IMG/VR virus record: IMGVR_UViG_3300032283_001024 | From: an uncultured virus (IMG/VR IMGVR_UViG_3300032283_001024) | Lineage: Duplodnaviria > Heunggongvirae > Uroviricota > Caudoviricetes | Length of the DNA: 64,000 nt | Reading direction: 5' to 3' (one strand) | Shown: in pieces, positions 1 through 9,232 of the stretch | Numbering within the stretch: the stretch's first letter is position 1 | How the letters are laid out: each line of letters begins with the position of its first letter | Notes under the pieces: generated by a model | Databases searched by the model: none | Seen by the model: only the letters and a program-made list of their open reading frames with translations | What the model was told of the DNA's origin: nothing | Made by a program: the position numbers and the translations under genes

Positions 1-41
1 AGAACAATCCATGGGTCTTTCCTGCAATTACTAGCTTACTA

Positions 42-446
42 TCAGGCAACATTAGGCATGCCAACGCCAAGCTGTGCTCCAAGGTTTTGACCTGCCATAC
101 GTGCTTTACGTGCTTTACGTGCTCTGTTAGCAACGACACCTGCGGCTGCGGCTCCTGCGGCGGCAGTTCCCAAAACTCCTGCACCAACTGATCTTGCAAT
201 TTGAGGATTCATCATTCCAGTTTGGACTCTTTCTGCCATGCCAGGCATGCCGACGCCCCCTAACATACCGTGCGTAGGAGGAACTGCTCCCACGGTACTT
301 ACACCAGAGGGGTCTACATTAAAAATACGGCCTCCAGGAGTTCCTGCAACTGCTCTTCCTGCAGTCATACCAATATTCTCCATAGTTGCTTCCGCATTGG
401 CGCCGATTCGCGAAAGAAACTCAGAAACCTTACCAGCGATGGCCAT
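42..446 (-). CDS. hypothetical Gly/Ala/Met-rich protein (structural module)
   Basis: 134-aa ORF, ATG start, co-oriented with the structural operon. Confidence 0.6.
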   Translation of the reverse strand: MAIAGKVSEFLSRIGANAEATMENIGMTAGRAVAGTPGGRIFNVDPSGVSTVGAVPPTHGMLGGVGMPGMAERVQTGMMNPQIARSVGAGVLGTAAAGAAAAGVVANRARKARKARMAGQNLGAQLGVGMPNVA

Positions 447-537
447 AACTACAAATAAAAAGAGGGCAGCTTTTGCTACCCTCTATTCTACATTTAGTTG
501 ATTTCCTGATAAACGTCATTTATCAGGATTCCGAGTA

Positions 538-1560
538 TCACTCCATCACCAGGAGCTTCTGACGAAACACCTCGGGATTGGTCTGAGCCTGATTCAGATA
601 GCGCCAGGCGTTGGCGGGATCACGCTCGGCCAGGGCGCCGAAGCTGTCCCAGAACGCTGCGGGATTGCCTTGAGCTTGGGGCTGAGGAGGAGCAGGCATG
701 TTGGGACGCTGAGGAGCAACCGCAGGAGCGGCGCCAGCAGGACGCACAAACTGTTGACCAACTTGCTGACCGTATCCGGCAGGAACCTCATCAGGAATCG
801 GATAGGGACCATTTTCACCGAAAAACTCACAAGTGTAATCGGCGAGTACATCAGGATCCGTAAGGATCTTTTCGTAGGCACCATGCTCCCTGGACATCTC
901 CTGAAGAAGATTAACGGCTTGGACGAGCTGTTCGTTCGTCGTAATCAGCGCGTCTTCGATCTGACAGGCGTAGTTGTTGAGTACAGCAGGAGCATCAGCA
1001 CCAAAGTAATCGATTACCTGGAGGCTGGCATCACTTACCCCGTTTGCGCGGAGCTGGTCTACCGAGATTTCCTGTGAAGTTGGGGAATAGCTGTTGGAGT
1101 AAGCCGGGTTGCTGTTGATCCCAGGCGTATAAGTCGGCATCCCCTGGTTGCCGTACTGGGCCGGAACCGCCAGGGAACTGTAGTTGGCCGGGACGGTTTG
1201 CTGGGTCGCGCTGGACTGTTGACCCTGGAACGGGAATTGGACGGGCGAACTCAGGAGCCCCATTACCCGATTGAACGCCTCCTTGTAGGGGTTCTCCGCT
1301 TGCGGGGCCTGTGGGGCGGCCTGGTAACCCTGGGGGTAAGACGGTGTAGGGCTGTACTGGGGCTGCTGTACCCCCATCTGGGCCTGCACTTGCGGTGCTG
1401 GGGCCACCGCTGTTTGGTAGGGCGCCACCCATTGCGGGGTAGTTGCTACGGAAGGTGCCTGTGCCGCCGTCTGCTGCATCACGGGCGCCGCGTAGCTGAT
1501 CGGCTGGGTCGGGGATACTTGGGGTGCCGATTGGATCGGCATTGCGGTATCGGCCTGCAT
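538..1560 (-). CDS. putative capsid scaffolding/assembly protein
   Basis: Q/P/A-rich disordered N-half, helical acidic C-half, directly downstream of the portal; function inferred from synteny. Confidence 0.55.
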   Translation of the reverse strand: MQADTAMPIQSAPQVSPTQPISYAAPVMQQTAAQAPSVATTPQWVAPYQTAVAPAPQVQAQMGVQQPQYSPTPSYPQGYQAAPQAPQAENPYKEAFNRVMGLLSSPVQFPFQGQQSSATQQTVPANYSSLAVPAQYGNQGMPTYTPGINSNPAYSNSYSPTSQEISVDQLRANGVSDASLQVIDYFGADAPAVLNNYACQIEDALITTNEQLVQAVNLLQEMSREHGAYEKILTDPDVLADYTCEFFGENGPYPIPDEVPAGYGQQVGQQFVRPAGAAPAVAPQRPNMPAPPQPQAQGNPAAFWDSFGALAERDPANAWRYLNQAQTNPEVFRQKLLVME

Positions 1561-3292
1561 AGGTTACCTCTTTTTGTAGGCTTTCGAGAGTTCGGTAAAG
1601 GAAGGGGGTGAGATCTAGTCTCGGATCCGCAGCCATCGGAAGATTTGGTTGCTGCGGATGCGGTGTCCTCATTTGTTGATTGACGAGATCAATAAATGTG
1701 GCCATAGCCCTCTGCACTTCTCCCACCATTCGGAATGGGAAGCCGCTGAGCATAGCAGCAACTTCGTCGTCCGTTTTTGATGGAAACAAGTACTTCAGTG
1801 CCTCTATGCTATCAACACCTAATTCCTGTAGGTTTCGGGTAAAAATGGACTGATTGAGTTTATCTTGGGTTGTGTCCTCATAAACAGGACCCATCCAGCG
1901 CCAGCAAACGGTGGTGTCTCCGTCTGGCGCCAGGCCAAGAACGCCCGGTGGAACGTCTTTTGTCTGTACTGCTGCATCGATCGCTTTTTGCAATTTCTTC
2001 TCGTACAGAGCTTTTTGCTTCTCGTACTTTGCAGCCTGCGCCTCGTCCTCAGGATCTTCAGGTGGGTCAGGATACTTGATTCCAGAAGCAAAAGCCAGCG
2101 ACTTGCGGAAGATCTGCTCTTCCTGGAAAATCATTAGTTCAAAACACTTACAGATACCGTAGGTATAGATTTGCAGACATTTTTTCTTCGACGTGGCGCT
2201 TACTCGTCCGTACTGCGATTTAATTTCAGTAGCAGTCACATTGGTGATACTGAGATCATCAATACCTCCCAACGCCAGGCGAATTTCGTTCCTGAGTTGT
2301 TCTGCGTATCTGGCTTGATCGCTACTGATGGCGTTAGGTGTAATGAACCCTACCCGATCAGTGGGCTCGAGGTTTGCAATAACTCTGGGAACCCTCATGC
2401 CAGTTCCAGGTTTGCCATAGTAACCAGGGTGCTGTCTGGTTACGTTGTCCGTTTTGAACGTAGAGCTTGAAAGACTAAACTCGGATTGGAAACCAGATTG
2501 GCTAGCAATACTAGGCCTCTGAGGGATGTCTCCATCTGTCTTCTCAATGATGTCTTGTTTTGGGCGCGAAGAAAGAAGAGTTGGATTACCAAAGAACGAC
2601 AGGTTTGCCCTGATGTTCTTTACCATCTCATCGTGAGCAATGATCTGATTGGAAAGCCACTCAAACTCACCGCGCCCATCTGTACCAAAAGCGTCGGGGT
2701 TGTTGAACACCTCAACACAAGGAATGAACTCCATTGTGTTAACGGTTTCGGTGTTTGTTCCTAGAGAGGCAAATTCAAAAGGAGTATCAAACTGAATTTC
2801 TTGTTCGCTATGAAATTCTTCAATTTTTTCAGCAGTGATTCGCAAACGCATGTAGCGCTTGTCAGTTGATAATCCTATTCCTGCAAAACCACGATTCGAC
2901 TTAACTTTGTACGAGTAGATAATGATTACTTCTTCTAAATCACCTTCAGGTGTGTAGTACGTTCTGTAGCTATCCTTATCAAACCAATACAATCGATATG
3001 TTTTTTTAGTAGGACGAATGTAGAACAAACCTTTACCGTACGCAAGAAACCGATCCCAGATGGAATCAAGCCTTGCATCAAGCTTGTTGAACTTAACGAC
3101 CTGTTGAATAAAATCAAAACGCTGTGTTCCGAAATTGTCCTGATGCGGATAGAACTCAACGCCTTGGCGAATCCCAAACATCTTCATCTGGGACAGATGA
3201 GCGTTTAGGAGCATAGTGTCCGCGCCACCGTCCGAGTCTCTGTCGACGACTGAGCGAATGAAATCGCTGATGATGGTCTTGTTTTCGGACAT
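1031..3292 (-). CDS. putative portal protein with long disordered C-terminal extension overlapping the next gene
   Basis: 753-aa ORF two genes downstream of TerL; ~575-aa folded-looking region followed by a G/P/R-rich tail. Confidence 0.7.
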   Translation of the reverse strand: MSENKTIISDFIRSVVDRDSDGGADTMLLNAHLSQMKMFGIRQGVEFYPHQDNFGTQRFDFIQQVVKFNKLDARLDSIWDRFLAYGKGLFYIRPTKKTYRLYWFDKDSYRTYYTPEGDLEEVIIIYSYKVKSNRGFAGIGLSTDKRYMRLRITAEKIEEFHSEQEIQFDTPFEFASLGTNTETVNTMEFIPCVEVFNNPDAFGTDGRGEFEWLSNQIIAHDEMVKNIRANLSFFGNPTLLSSRPKQDIIEKTDGDIPQRPSIASQSGFQSEFSLSSSTFKTDNVTRQHPGYYGKPGTGMRVPRVIANLEPTDRVGFITPNAISSDQARYAEQLRNEIRLALGGIDDLSITNVTATEIKSQYGRVSATSKKKCLQIYTYGICKCFELMIFQEEQIFRKSLAFASGIKYPDPPEDPEDEAQAAKYEKQKALYEKKLQKAIDAAVQTKDVPPGVLGLAPDGDTTVCWRWMGPVYEDTTQDKLNQSIFTRNLQELGVDSIEALKYLFPSKTDDEVAAMLSGFPFRMVGEVQRAMATFIDLVNQQMRTPHPQQPNLPMAADPRLDLTPFLYRTLESLQKEVTYAGRYRNADPIGTPSIPDPADQLRGARDAADGGTGTFRSNYPAMGGALPNSGGPSTASAGPDGGTAAPVQPYTVLPPGLPGRPTGPASGEPLQGGVQSGNGAPEFARPIPVPGSTVQRDPANRPGQLQFPGGSGPVRQPGDADLYAWDQQQPGLLQQLFPNFTGNLGRPAPRKRGK

Positions 3293-3314
3293 CAGTTAAA
3301 ACAGTCTCCAACTA

Positions 3315-3497
3315 TTATGGCTGGAAGTCGGTACCAGCGTGCAACCTTTTCAAGGTGATCACGTCGTCCTCGACTTCAATGTCGAACCTCTCACCTGGAA
3401 TGAGGCCCATGTCGTGGCACAACTCGTCAGGAAGGGGAATAACAGCAGAGCCGTAAGCATCCTGATCAAGTTCGATGGTGTAGTAACCTGTGGACAT
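3315..3497 (-). CDS. AbrB/MazE/SpoVT-like small DNA-binding protein
   Basis: VIPLPDELCHDMGLIPGERFDIEVEDDVITLK fits the swapped-hairpin pattern. Confidence 0.7.
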   Translation of the reverse strand: MSTGYYTIELDQDAYGSAVIPLPDELCHDMGLIPGERFDIEVEDDVITLKRLHAGTDFQP

Positions 3498-3539
3498 CGC
3501 TAGGTGATTTTCTTAGTTTAGGTCCAGAATACTTTAACC

Positions 3540-6215
3540 CTAATATTCCAACTGCAGGTTACCTCTGGTCATAAGTCCATTACAGAGCCACACCAAGGCG
3601 TCGACACAGTCGTCGTGAGAGCTGACGCCAAAGTTGATGATCTCATCAGTCAAGGCTTGGAACTTTCGGTACTTGTTAAACACGATTTTACGTTGTTCAA
3701 ACAAGCCCATAATGCCCCTGAAACGTGCAACCTTGTCGCCACGGAATCCCTTAACCGCATGCCAATTCAAATTGTAAAGACCGTGCTCACCCAGGCAGAT
3801 ACGTTTGAAATCTGCCTCCAAGGATGCTTGGTACGCCACTGCCTCTGACCAGATATCAATGTTGCTTCCACTGGCATGATATTGATCTCCGTCTTTGTGT
3901 ACAATTCCCCACTCGTAGCACATTTCCATCAAAGATTCAAGCTTCTCCAGGTTGCCCATAATCCTGATCCTCTTACAGTCAATAATGTGAATCTTGTTAT
4001 TTACACGCCCGCCAAGGACCATTACGGTGTAGTCGTTTCTTTCTCTAACGCCAGCAGACAAGTCAACGCCAATCCCCAGAGCGTCGAATTCAGTAGAAAT
4101 CTGTCCTCTAACGATCAGATCAGGTGAGAGCGAAAGTTCGCTCGTCTGTACAATTTGATTCTGATACTGAAAACTAAAGCTAATAGGAGCTTGGCGGCGG
4201 CGATCCTGAAGGTATTCAAGCGACCACATCTCTGGCCAGTAAGAAATCTCGTCTCCGTGATCATTAACAATGATTGCGGATTGAACGATTTGAACCCAGT
4301 CATTTGCAGGTGTGAATGTTGTGCTGTGAATGTCGTCATGACGAAATCTTGTGCCCAGGCAGATTGCTCTTCCTCCTTCGAACATTGTTGGAACAATAAC
4401 TGAGTTCCAGTTATCTTCCATCATTTGACGTATATCTTTATTTTTGATGTCGTCAGAACTTTTGATTACATCGTCAAGGATGCAAAGATGTGAACGCTTA
4501 GAAGTCACTGCGCCCTTCAAACCTGCACAACACACAGTAAATTCTTCTTCACCCGTCGACTTAATGCCTGCAAACTTCCAGTCAATGCTCCAGTACTCAT
4601 TGGAGTTGATACCCTTGGCAATTTTCACAGTAGGGAAGATTTCCCTGTAGATCTTGCTTTCTTCGATAATACGTTTGATAGCAGCACTCTTGGGACGAGC
4701 AACATCAACCGTGTAAGAAATGTAGAGGATTTTTAGAGGTTTCTTTGCTACGGCATGATTACCAATTGCCCAAGCAGTATACAAACCAAGAATCGTGCTC
4801 TTTGCACTGTTTTTTGAAACAATGTAGTCTTTAGTTAGAAAGGTGTGTTTTTCGTGGGAGACAGTTATGCACCTTACTTTCTCCAGGGGGGCCGGTTCGA
4901 TCCTGACAATAGATCGACAAGGTAGGTACTTAGTGCAGGGCGTGTATGAGTGCGCTTTACGTTCCAGGTAAAAAGGCTTGATCGCTGCTGGTAACTTGAT
5001 TCCTACTTTCCAAGAAGCGTTTTTAGTCCTTACTTTTTCTCCAGTCGGTCCGCTGTATTGATTGTATTGCGGAGCGTTGATTGTTGCTACGCCGCCTAAA
5101 GACTGCACCAACTCAACTACGTCTAAAACCAATTGGTATGAAATACTGCAAAATGAGATTCCCCCTCCTGTAGGTGACTTGTTGCTCTTAGCTACAGTAC
5201 CATCAGTGTCTAACAAACCCTGCAAAAGTGCAGTTCTGTCAGCAATACAAGCAATCTTGTAGGCTGAAGGGATAAACTTGTCTTTCGACCCTTTCTCTTG
5301 CAGACCAAGATGCCGCAAGGACTCCAGAACTTGGTTAGGTTTACCTTTGCTCCTGCTGCTTTTAACTATGTTGTAGGAATACTTAGATCCTGAAACACTA
5401 ACTAATTCATGGCCAGCAGGTAGAGATTTTCTGCAACGTTCAATAATGTCATTATCGGCTGAAGTGAAACGAACTCCAGATTTCTCGGACAGTCCACCGT
5501 CACCCAGTAATGCTCCTAGCAAATAAGGATCTAGAGGTAGTTTTGATTCAGGGTACTGCACTGGTGCGGTAATCGGAATCTGGTAACGTGCATAACCCCT
5601 TGGGTCTAACCATGGAGTTTCTCCTTCTTCGCAAGTTTCTGTGATCCTTTTTACGCCTGTGCGCCAGTTTCCCTTTGTACCTTTGGTTTTTTGAGTTCTG
5701 AGCTCATTCAAGGTCATTAGGCGCCAGGTATTTTTCGAATCCGTGCCGACTCTTCTTACCTTCCAAAGGTGTTGATCGTCGCAAATAACAGAGGATCCAT
5801 CAGAGAAAATTAGGTTCCATGTTGGGCTTTCTTCGTAATCTTGTATGTCTGTTACTTCAGTTACGCTGCCGTCTTCAGCAAAGACGTGATTTCCTACAGA
5901 AAGTTCACCGATAGCTTGCCACCCTTGCGGAGTAGCTACTGGCATGGACGCCGCCAGTGGTCCCCTAGGAGCGAGGATGTCCATGTTGGGGCCGCCGATC
6001 CCAACCAAGCACTCGGTATCTTGCTCAGTACAAAGGTAGCGGTGCCATTGTTTATGGTGCGCTGCTGGTGGTTTGTCACCCACAACGTCGCAAAAATAGC
6101 CAAAATCTGTTCTTGCGCGATCAATGTCGATCGAGCTTGATTTCTTTACTACTTGTTGTTTCGCCGCAGCTCGCGCTGTCCTACGATAAACCGAGTAGAG
6201 AGATGTGCCTGCCAC
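3540..6215 (-). CDS. terL: terminase large subunit (intein-containing)
   Basis: Walker A APRG|SAKST split by an intein; Walker B LCILDD; GTRFRHDD; nuclease motifs GVDL and HDDCVDA; GTG start. Confidence 0.95.
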   Translation of the reverse strand: MAGTSLYSVYRRTARAAAKQQVVKKSSSIDIDRARTDFGYFCDVVGDKPPAAHHKQWHRYLCTEQDTECLVGIGGPNMDILAPRGPLAASMPVATPQGWQAIGELSVGNHVFAEDGSVTEVTDIQDYEESPTWNLIFSDGSSVICDDQHLWKVRRVGTDSKNTWRLMTLNELRTQKTKGTKGNWRTGVKRITETCEEGETPWLDPRGYARYQIPITAPVQYPESKLPLDPYLLGALLGDGGLSEKSGVRFTSADNDIIERCRKSLPAGHELVSVSGSKYSYNIVKSSRSKGKPNQVLESLRHLGLQEKGSKDKFIPSAYKIACIADRTALLQGLLDTDGTVAKSNKSPTGGGISFCSISYQLVLDVVELVQSLGGVATINAPQYNQYSGPTGEKVRTKNASWKVGIKLPAAIKPFYLERKAHSYTPCTKYLPCRSIVRIEPAPLEKVRCITVSHEKHTFLTKDYIVSKNSAKSTILGLYTAWAIGNHAVAKKPLKILYISYTVDVARPKSAAIKRIIEESKIYREIFPTVKIAKGINSNEYWSIDWKFAGIKSTGEEEFTVCCAGLKGAVTSKRSHLCILDDVIKSSDDIKNKDIRQMMEDNWNSVIVPTMFEGGRAICLGTRFRHDDIHSTTFTPANDWVQIVQSAIIVNDHGDEISYWPEMWSLEYLQDRRRQAPISFSFQYQNQIVQTSELSLSPDLIVRGQISTEFDALGIGVDLSAGVRERNDYTVMVLGGRVNNKIHIIDCKRIRIMGNLEKLESLMEMCYEWGIVHKDGDQYHASGSNIDIWSEAVAYQASLEADFKRICLGEHGLYNLNWHAVKGFRGDKVARFRGIMGLFEQRKIVFNKYRKFQALTDEIINFGVSSHDDCVDALVWLCNGLMTRGNLQLEY
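4809..5960 (-). mobile_element. class 3-type intein with LAGLIDADG homing endonuclease, 384 aa
   Basis: block A PLAASMPVATPQGW, block B CDDQHLW, LAGLIDADG motifs LLGALLGDGG and LLQGLLDTDG, block F VRCITV, C-terminus IVSKN then Ser+1. Confidence 0.93.
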
Positions 6216-6272
6216 TTTTGATTTATGTACCCAGTTCTGGGGTGATGTGACCCCAATATAAGGTACTAAACC

Positions 6273-6758
6273 TTACGACTCTTCTTGCAGGATCTTAGTC
6301 CAGACGCCCATAGAAGCTTCTTGCAACGGTCCTTCGATTGGATCATCGCGGAAGATCAGCAGCATCTCACGCAGCGCCCTATCAGCCCCAGCAAGGATGA
6401 GTCCTTGTTTGTCCGTTAGGTGTTTTTCATCGCTTAGTTGCTTGATGGAGCCACGCAGCTCCTTCTGCAACATAGCAATTCTGGAAGCTCCCATGTCCTG
6501 TTTGATGAGGCCCAGATCGATCGCATCACGTAGCTTGGAAATATCCTGCTGCATGGAGTCGATTTCACTCTCAAGGATCGCTGTGAAGTTCCGTTTCTTG
6601 CAGTGTTGCTTTGACCACTCGTAAAACTCTACTATGGTGCCTGAAGACCCCATGAAGCGGGCGAACAGGTACATCTGAATCGGAGAGGGAGTCTGCTTGC
6701 AAAAGGAAAAGAACGTTTCGCGGTCTTTGTCTGTTAGAGACTCAATCCAGTCAATCAT
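6273..6758 (-). CDS. hypothetical helical protein, candidate terminase small subunit
   Basis: immediately upstream of terL; ATGA overlap with the upstream gene; coiled-coil character. Confidence 0.5.
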   Translation of the reverse strand: MIDWIESLTDKDRETFFSFCKQTPSPIQMYLFARFMGSSGTIVEFYEWSKQHCKKRNFTAILESEIDSMQQDISKLRDAIDLGLIKQDMGASRIAMLQKELRGSIKQLSDEKHLTDKQGLILAGADRALREMLLIFRDDPIEGPLQEASMGVWTKILQEES

Positions 6759-7231
6759 GCCCTGTAAGAGGATTGCGCCCACTCGTGGCCTTTATTTTTC
6801 AAATAGTTCTCTTGTTCGTACTGCTTCTGATTGGTTTTCCTTTGCTCTTCTCCAGAGGTCTGTGTTCCGAGACGCTGCTGCTCCCCTTGCGTCTGATAAC
6901 CAAGTCGTTGTTGTTCACCTTGAGTCTGATAACCAAGTCGTTGTTGTTCACCTTGAGTCTGATAACCAAGACGCTCTTGTTCTCCTTGCGTGGCAAGAGT
7001 GGTCCTAGTCTCACCACCTATGGCTTGTGTCTGCCTGATGTCTTCATTTGTGAAGTAAGACTTGTTCCGTTGGTCGAGTTCAGACCCCAGTGTCATGTTG
7101 AGGCGCTGCTGTGCTCCACTGACCTCGTTCAAGGCTGTCTGTGTTTGTAATGCCTGCGAAGGCACTTCCTGTGCTGGTGCAGGTGCTTGTGCCGCTGGTG
7201 TGTACACAGTTTTTGACTTGCTTTTTCCCAT
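6755..7231 (-). CDS. putative virion protein with 11-aa repeats
   Basis: QTQGEQQRLGY repeated about 4-5 times. Confidence 0.7.
   Translation of the reverse strand: MGKSKSKTVYTPAAQAPAPAQEVPSQALQTQTALNEVSGAQQRLNMTLGSELDQRNKSYFTNEDIRQTQAIGGETRTTLATQGEQERLGYQTQGEQQRLGYQTQGEQQRLGYQTQGEQQRLGTQTSGEEQRKTNQKQYEQENYLKNKGHEWAQSSYRA
6855..6990 (-). repeat. 33-nt coding tandem repeat
   Basis: ttgagtctgataaccaagtcgttgttgttcacc unit repeated with variation. Confidence 0.9.
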
Positions 7232-7276
7232 GACAGCAGCTAACTATAGGTACAAGTATAACAAAGGGAGTAAAAA

Positions 7277-7852
7277 TCAACCAACCTGGAACGTGCTTCC
7301 TGCAAAACGTCCAGCAAATTCTTTTGCAGCGCGTTGTTTATCGGCCATGGCATAGTCTGCTTGTGCTGCAGATGACGCAGCAGCGCTTTGACGAGCCTGC
7401 TGAGAAGTAGGCGTCATTTCTTTTGTAACAAGAAAACTCTTGCTTGCGGCTAAGTTTCTTTGCGTTGCTTCGTTCGCTGCTTGACTTAAAATCGGATAAG
7501 ACTTGATCATTTGTTCGTAAGAACGGTCCGCTTGTGCTCTAGCGATCATGTCAGCGGCTCCAATCTGTGCTGGCAGTAAGTCCATCCACATTTGTGACTG
7601 CTTGCGATATCTCGCCTCATCAGAGTCTTCGTTTACAGGACTTGTTGAAACAGCTGGAGCAGTATCAACCGTAGCTGGTACTGTGGGAGGAGTTGATGTT
7701 GTTTGGGAGTAGTTTGGAAAGAATGCTTTGTACTTATTTGGATCAAACTTCTTCAAAGTACTTGTCTTAAACAAATCAAGGTCGCCATAGTTTGACCAGT
7801 TCCATACTGGATTATCTGTTAACTGAGAAAGCGCGTTATTTGTATTAGACAT
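7277..7852 (-). CDS. hypothetical protein (putative virion)
   Basis: 191-aa ORF in a tightly packed minus-strand operon. Confidence 0.7.
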   Translation of the reverse strand: MSNTNNALSQLTDNPVWNWSNYGDLDLFKTSTLKKFDPNKYKAFFPNYSQTTSTPPTVPATVDTAPAVSTSPVNEDSDEARYRKQSQMWMDLLPAQIGAADMIARAQADRSYEQMIKSYPILSQAANEATQRNLAASKSFLVTKEMTPTSQQARQSAAASSAAQADYAMADKQRAAKEFAGRFAGSTFQVG

Positions 7853-7873
7853 CGTTGTAAGTGGTTGAGCGGA

Positions 7874-8662
7874 TCACCCGTACTGGTACTGCTGCATCAT
7901 GCCCTGAGCCATGCTGTTCTGGGCGTTGAGCCCCATCGCCTGTGCGGTACGCAGCCCACTAAGCAGCTGCTCAGCATTTACTGCAATGTTAGACCGCATC
8001 TGAGCGGCAGCCATTTGCCTGCTAAGATCGTTCTTCTTAGCTTCGTTATAAAATGGTTGCTGCATTCGCGCCATCTCAGCTGCCAAAGCAATATTCTGCC
8101 TGGCATCAAGAAGGCTATTAACGCGGTTTTGGGCGGTTGTTCCGGTCAAGAAATTGTCCATTCCCAGTGGGCGGCTAAATTCGCTGCTACTTACGTCACC
8201 AGGGACTGCGTTCACGTTCGCTGGACCTTGAGGTCGATTCGTTGCTGCGCCATAAGACGCTGCTCCAGCTGCTGTTGCTGGTACGGCACCTGTCATACTT
8301 GCAGCGAGGGGGGCCGCCGCCAGAGGTGCTACTTGACCACCAAGCAACGCACCAGCCGAACCTACAGCTGCGCCAGTAAGCGGAGCAATGGGTCCAGGAA
8401 TTCCGAACATTGTGGCTGCTTTAGCTGCTTGAGCACTAGCACTTCCTAACGCGCCTGGAAAAGCACTTGCAAGCTTTTCTCCTGCCATTCTGCCACCGAC
8501 AGTTCCGACTTTGCCTAAAACCAAGCCTGCTCCAGCGCCTAGACCAGCAGCAGCCAACTGTTGTGCAGGTCCTTGCCCCCGCCTGGCCGCTTCAGATGCA
8601 GCTCCATATGCAGAGAGTGCTGCTGGAACACCGTATGCTAGCAACTGCGGCCACATAATCAC
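7874..8662 (-). CDS. Ala/Gly-rich protein, putative internal virion/ejection protein
   Basis: Gly-zipper-like hydrophobic N-half, Q/A/M-rich helical C-terminus. Confidence 0.6.
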   Translation of the reverse strand: MIMWPQLLAYGVPAALSAYGAASEAARRGQGPAQQLAAAGLGAGAGLVLGKVGTVGGRMAGEKLASAFPGALGSASAQAAKAATMFGIPGPIAPLTGAAVGSAGALLGGQVAPLAAAPLAASMTGAVPATAAGAASYGAATNRPQGPANVNAVPGDVSSSEFSRPLGMDNFLTGTTAQNRVNSLLDARQNIALAAEMARMQQPFYNEAKKNDLSRQMAAAQMRSNIAVNAEQLLSGLRTAQAMGLNAQNSMAQGMMQQYQYG

Positions 8663-8698
8663 AAATCCCTTTACTAGTTATTTTACTGGGAATAAGCT

Positions 8699-9232
8699 TC
8701 AACCAAACATTGAGCCAATTCCTCCGCCAAGTTGCCCTCCAAGACCAGCGCCTGCAACTGTGCCGATTCCTGGAATAAATGATCCAGCAATTCCGCCTGC
8801 AACTGTACCGATCGCAGAACCTAATCCAGATTTACCTCCGCTTTCACCGCCAACAGAAAAAGGTTGCATAGTCGGGGGAGTATAGATTCCAAAATTATCA
8901 AACATTTGTTGGCTGCCACCGTTGTTACCGTAACCTGAAGAATTTTGTCCACTACCATAAGGGTTATTTCTTTGGTTAAAGATCTCCCCTGCCATTCTCA
9001 ATCCCTTACTAACTTTGCCCCAAGTATTGTTATCATCTTGCTCATTTTTTGTCTTGCTGAAATCGTACGGATCAGTAAAAGCGTTCTTTGAGTAACTGGA
9101 CGCTGAGTTCCAATCATTACTCAAAGGTTTGGAACCTTCACCAAACCACGGATTGTCAAATTTTGTACTACTGTACTTGCCGCCAGAAAAAGCGTTTGAG
9201 TAATCTGTATCAAAAAAAGAACTATTAGGCAT
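8699..9232 (-). CDS. Gly/Ser-rich protein with C-terminal glycine zipper
   Basis: GLGSAIGTVAGGIAGSFIPGIGTVAGAGLGGQLGG. Confidence 0.65.
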   Translation of the reverse strand: MPNSSFFDTDYSNAFSGGKYSSTKFDNPWFGEGSKPLSNDWNSASSYSKNAFTDPYDFSKTKNEQDDNNTWGKVSKGLRMAGEIFNQRNNPYGSGQNSSGYGNNGGSQQMFDNFGIYTPPTMQPFSVGGESGGKSGLGSAIGTVAGGIAGSFIPGIGTVAGAGLGGQLGGGIGSMFG

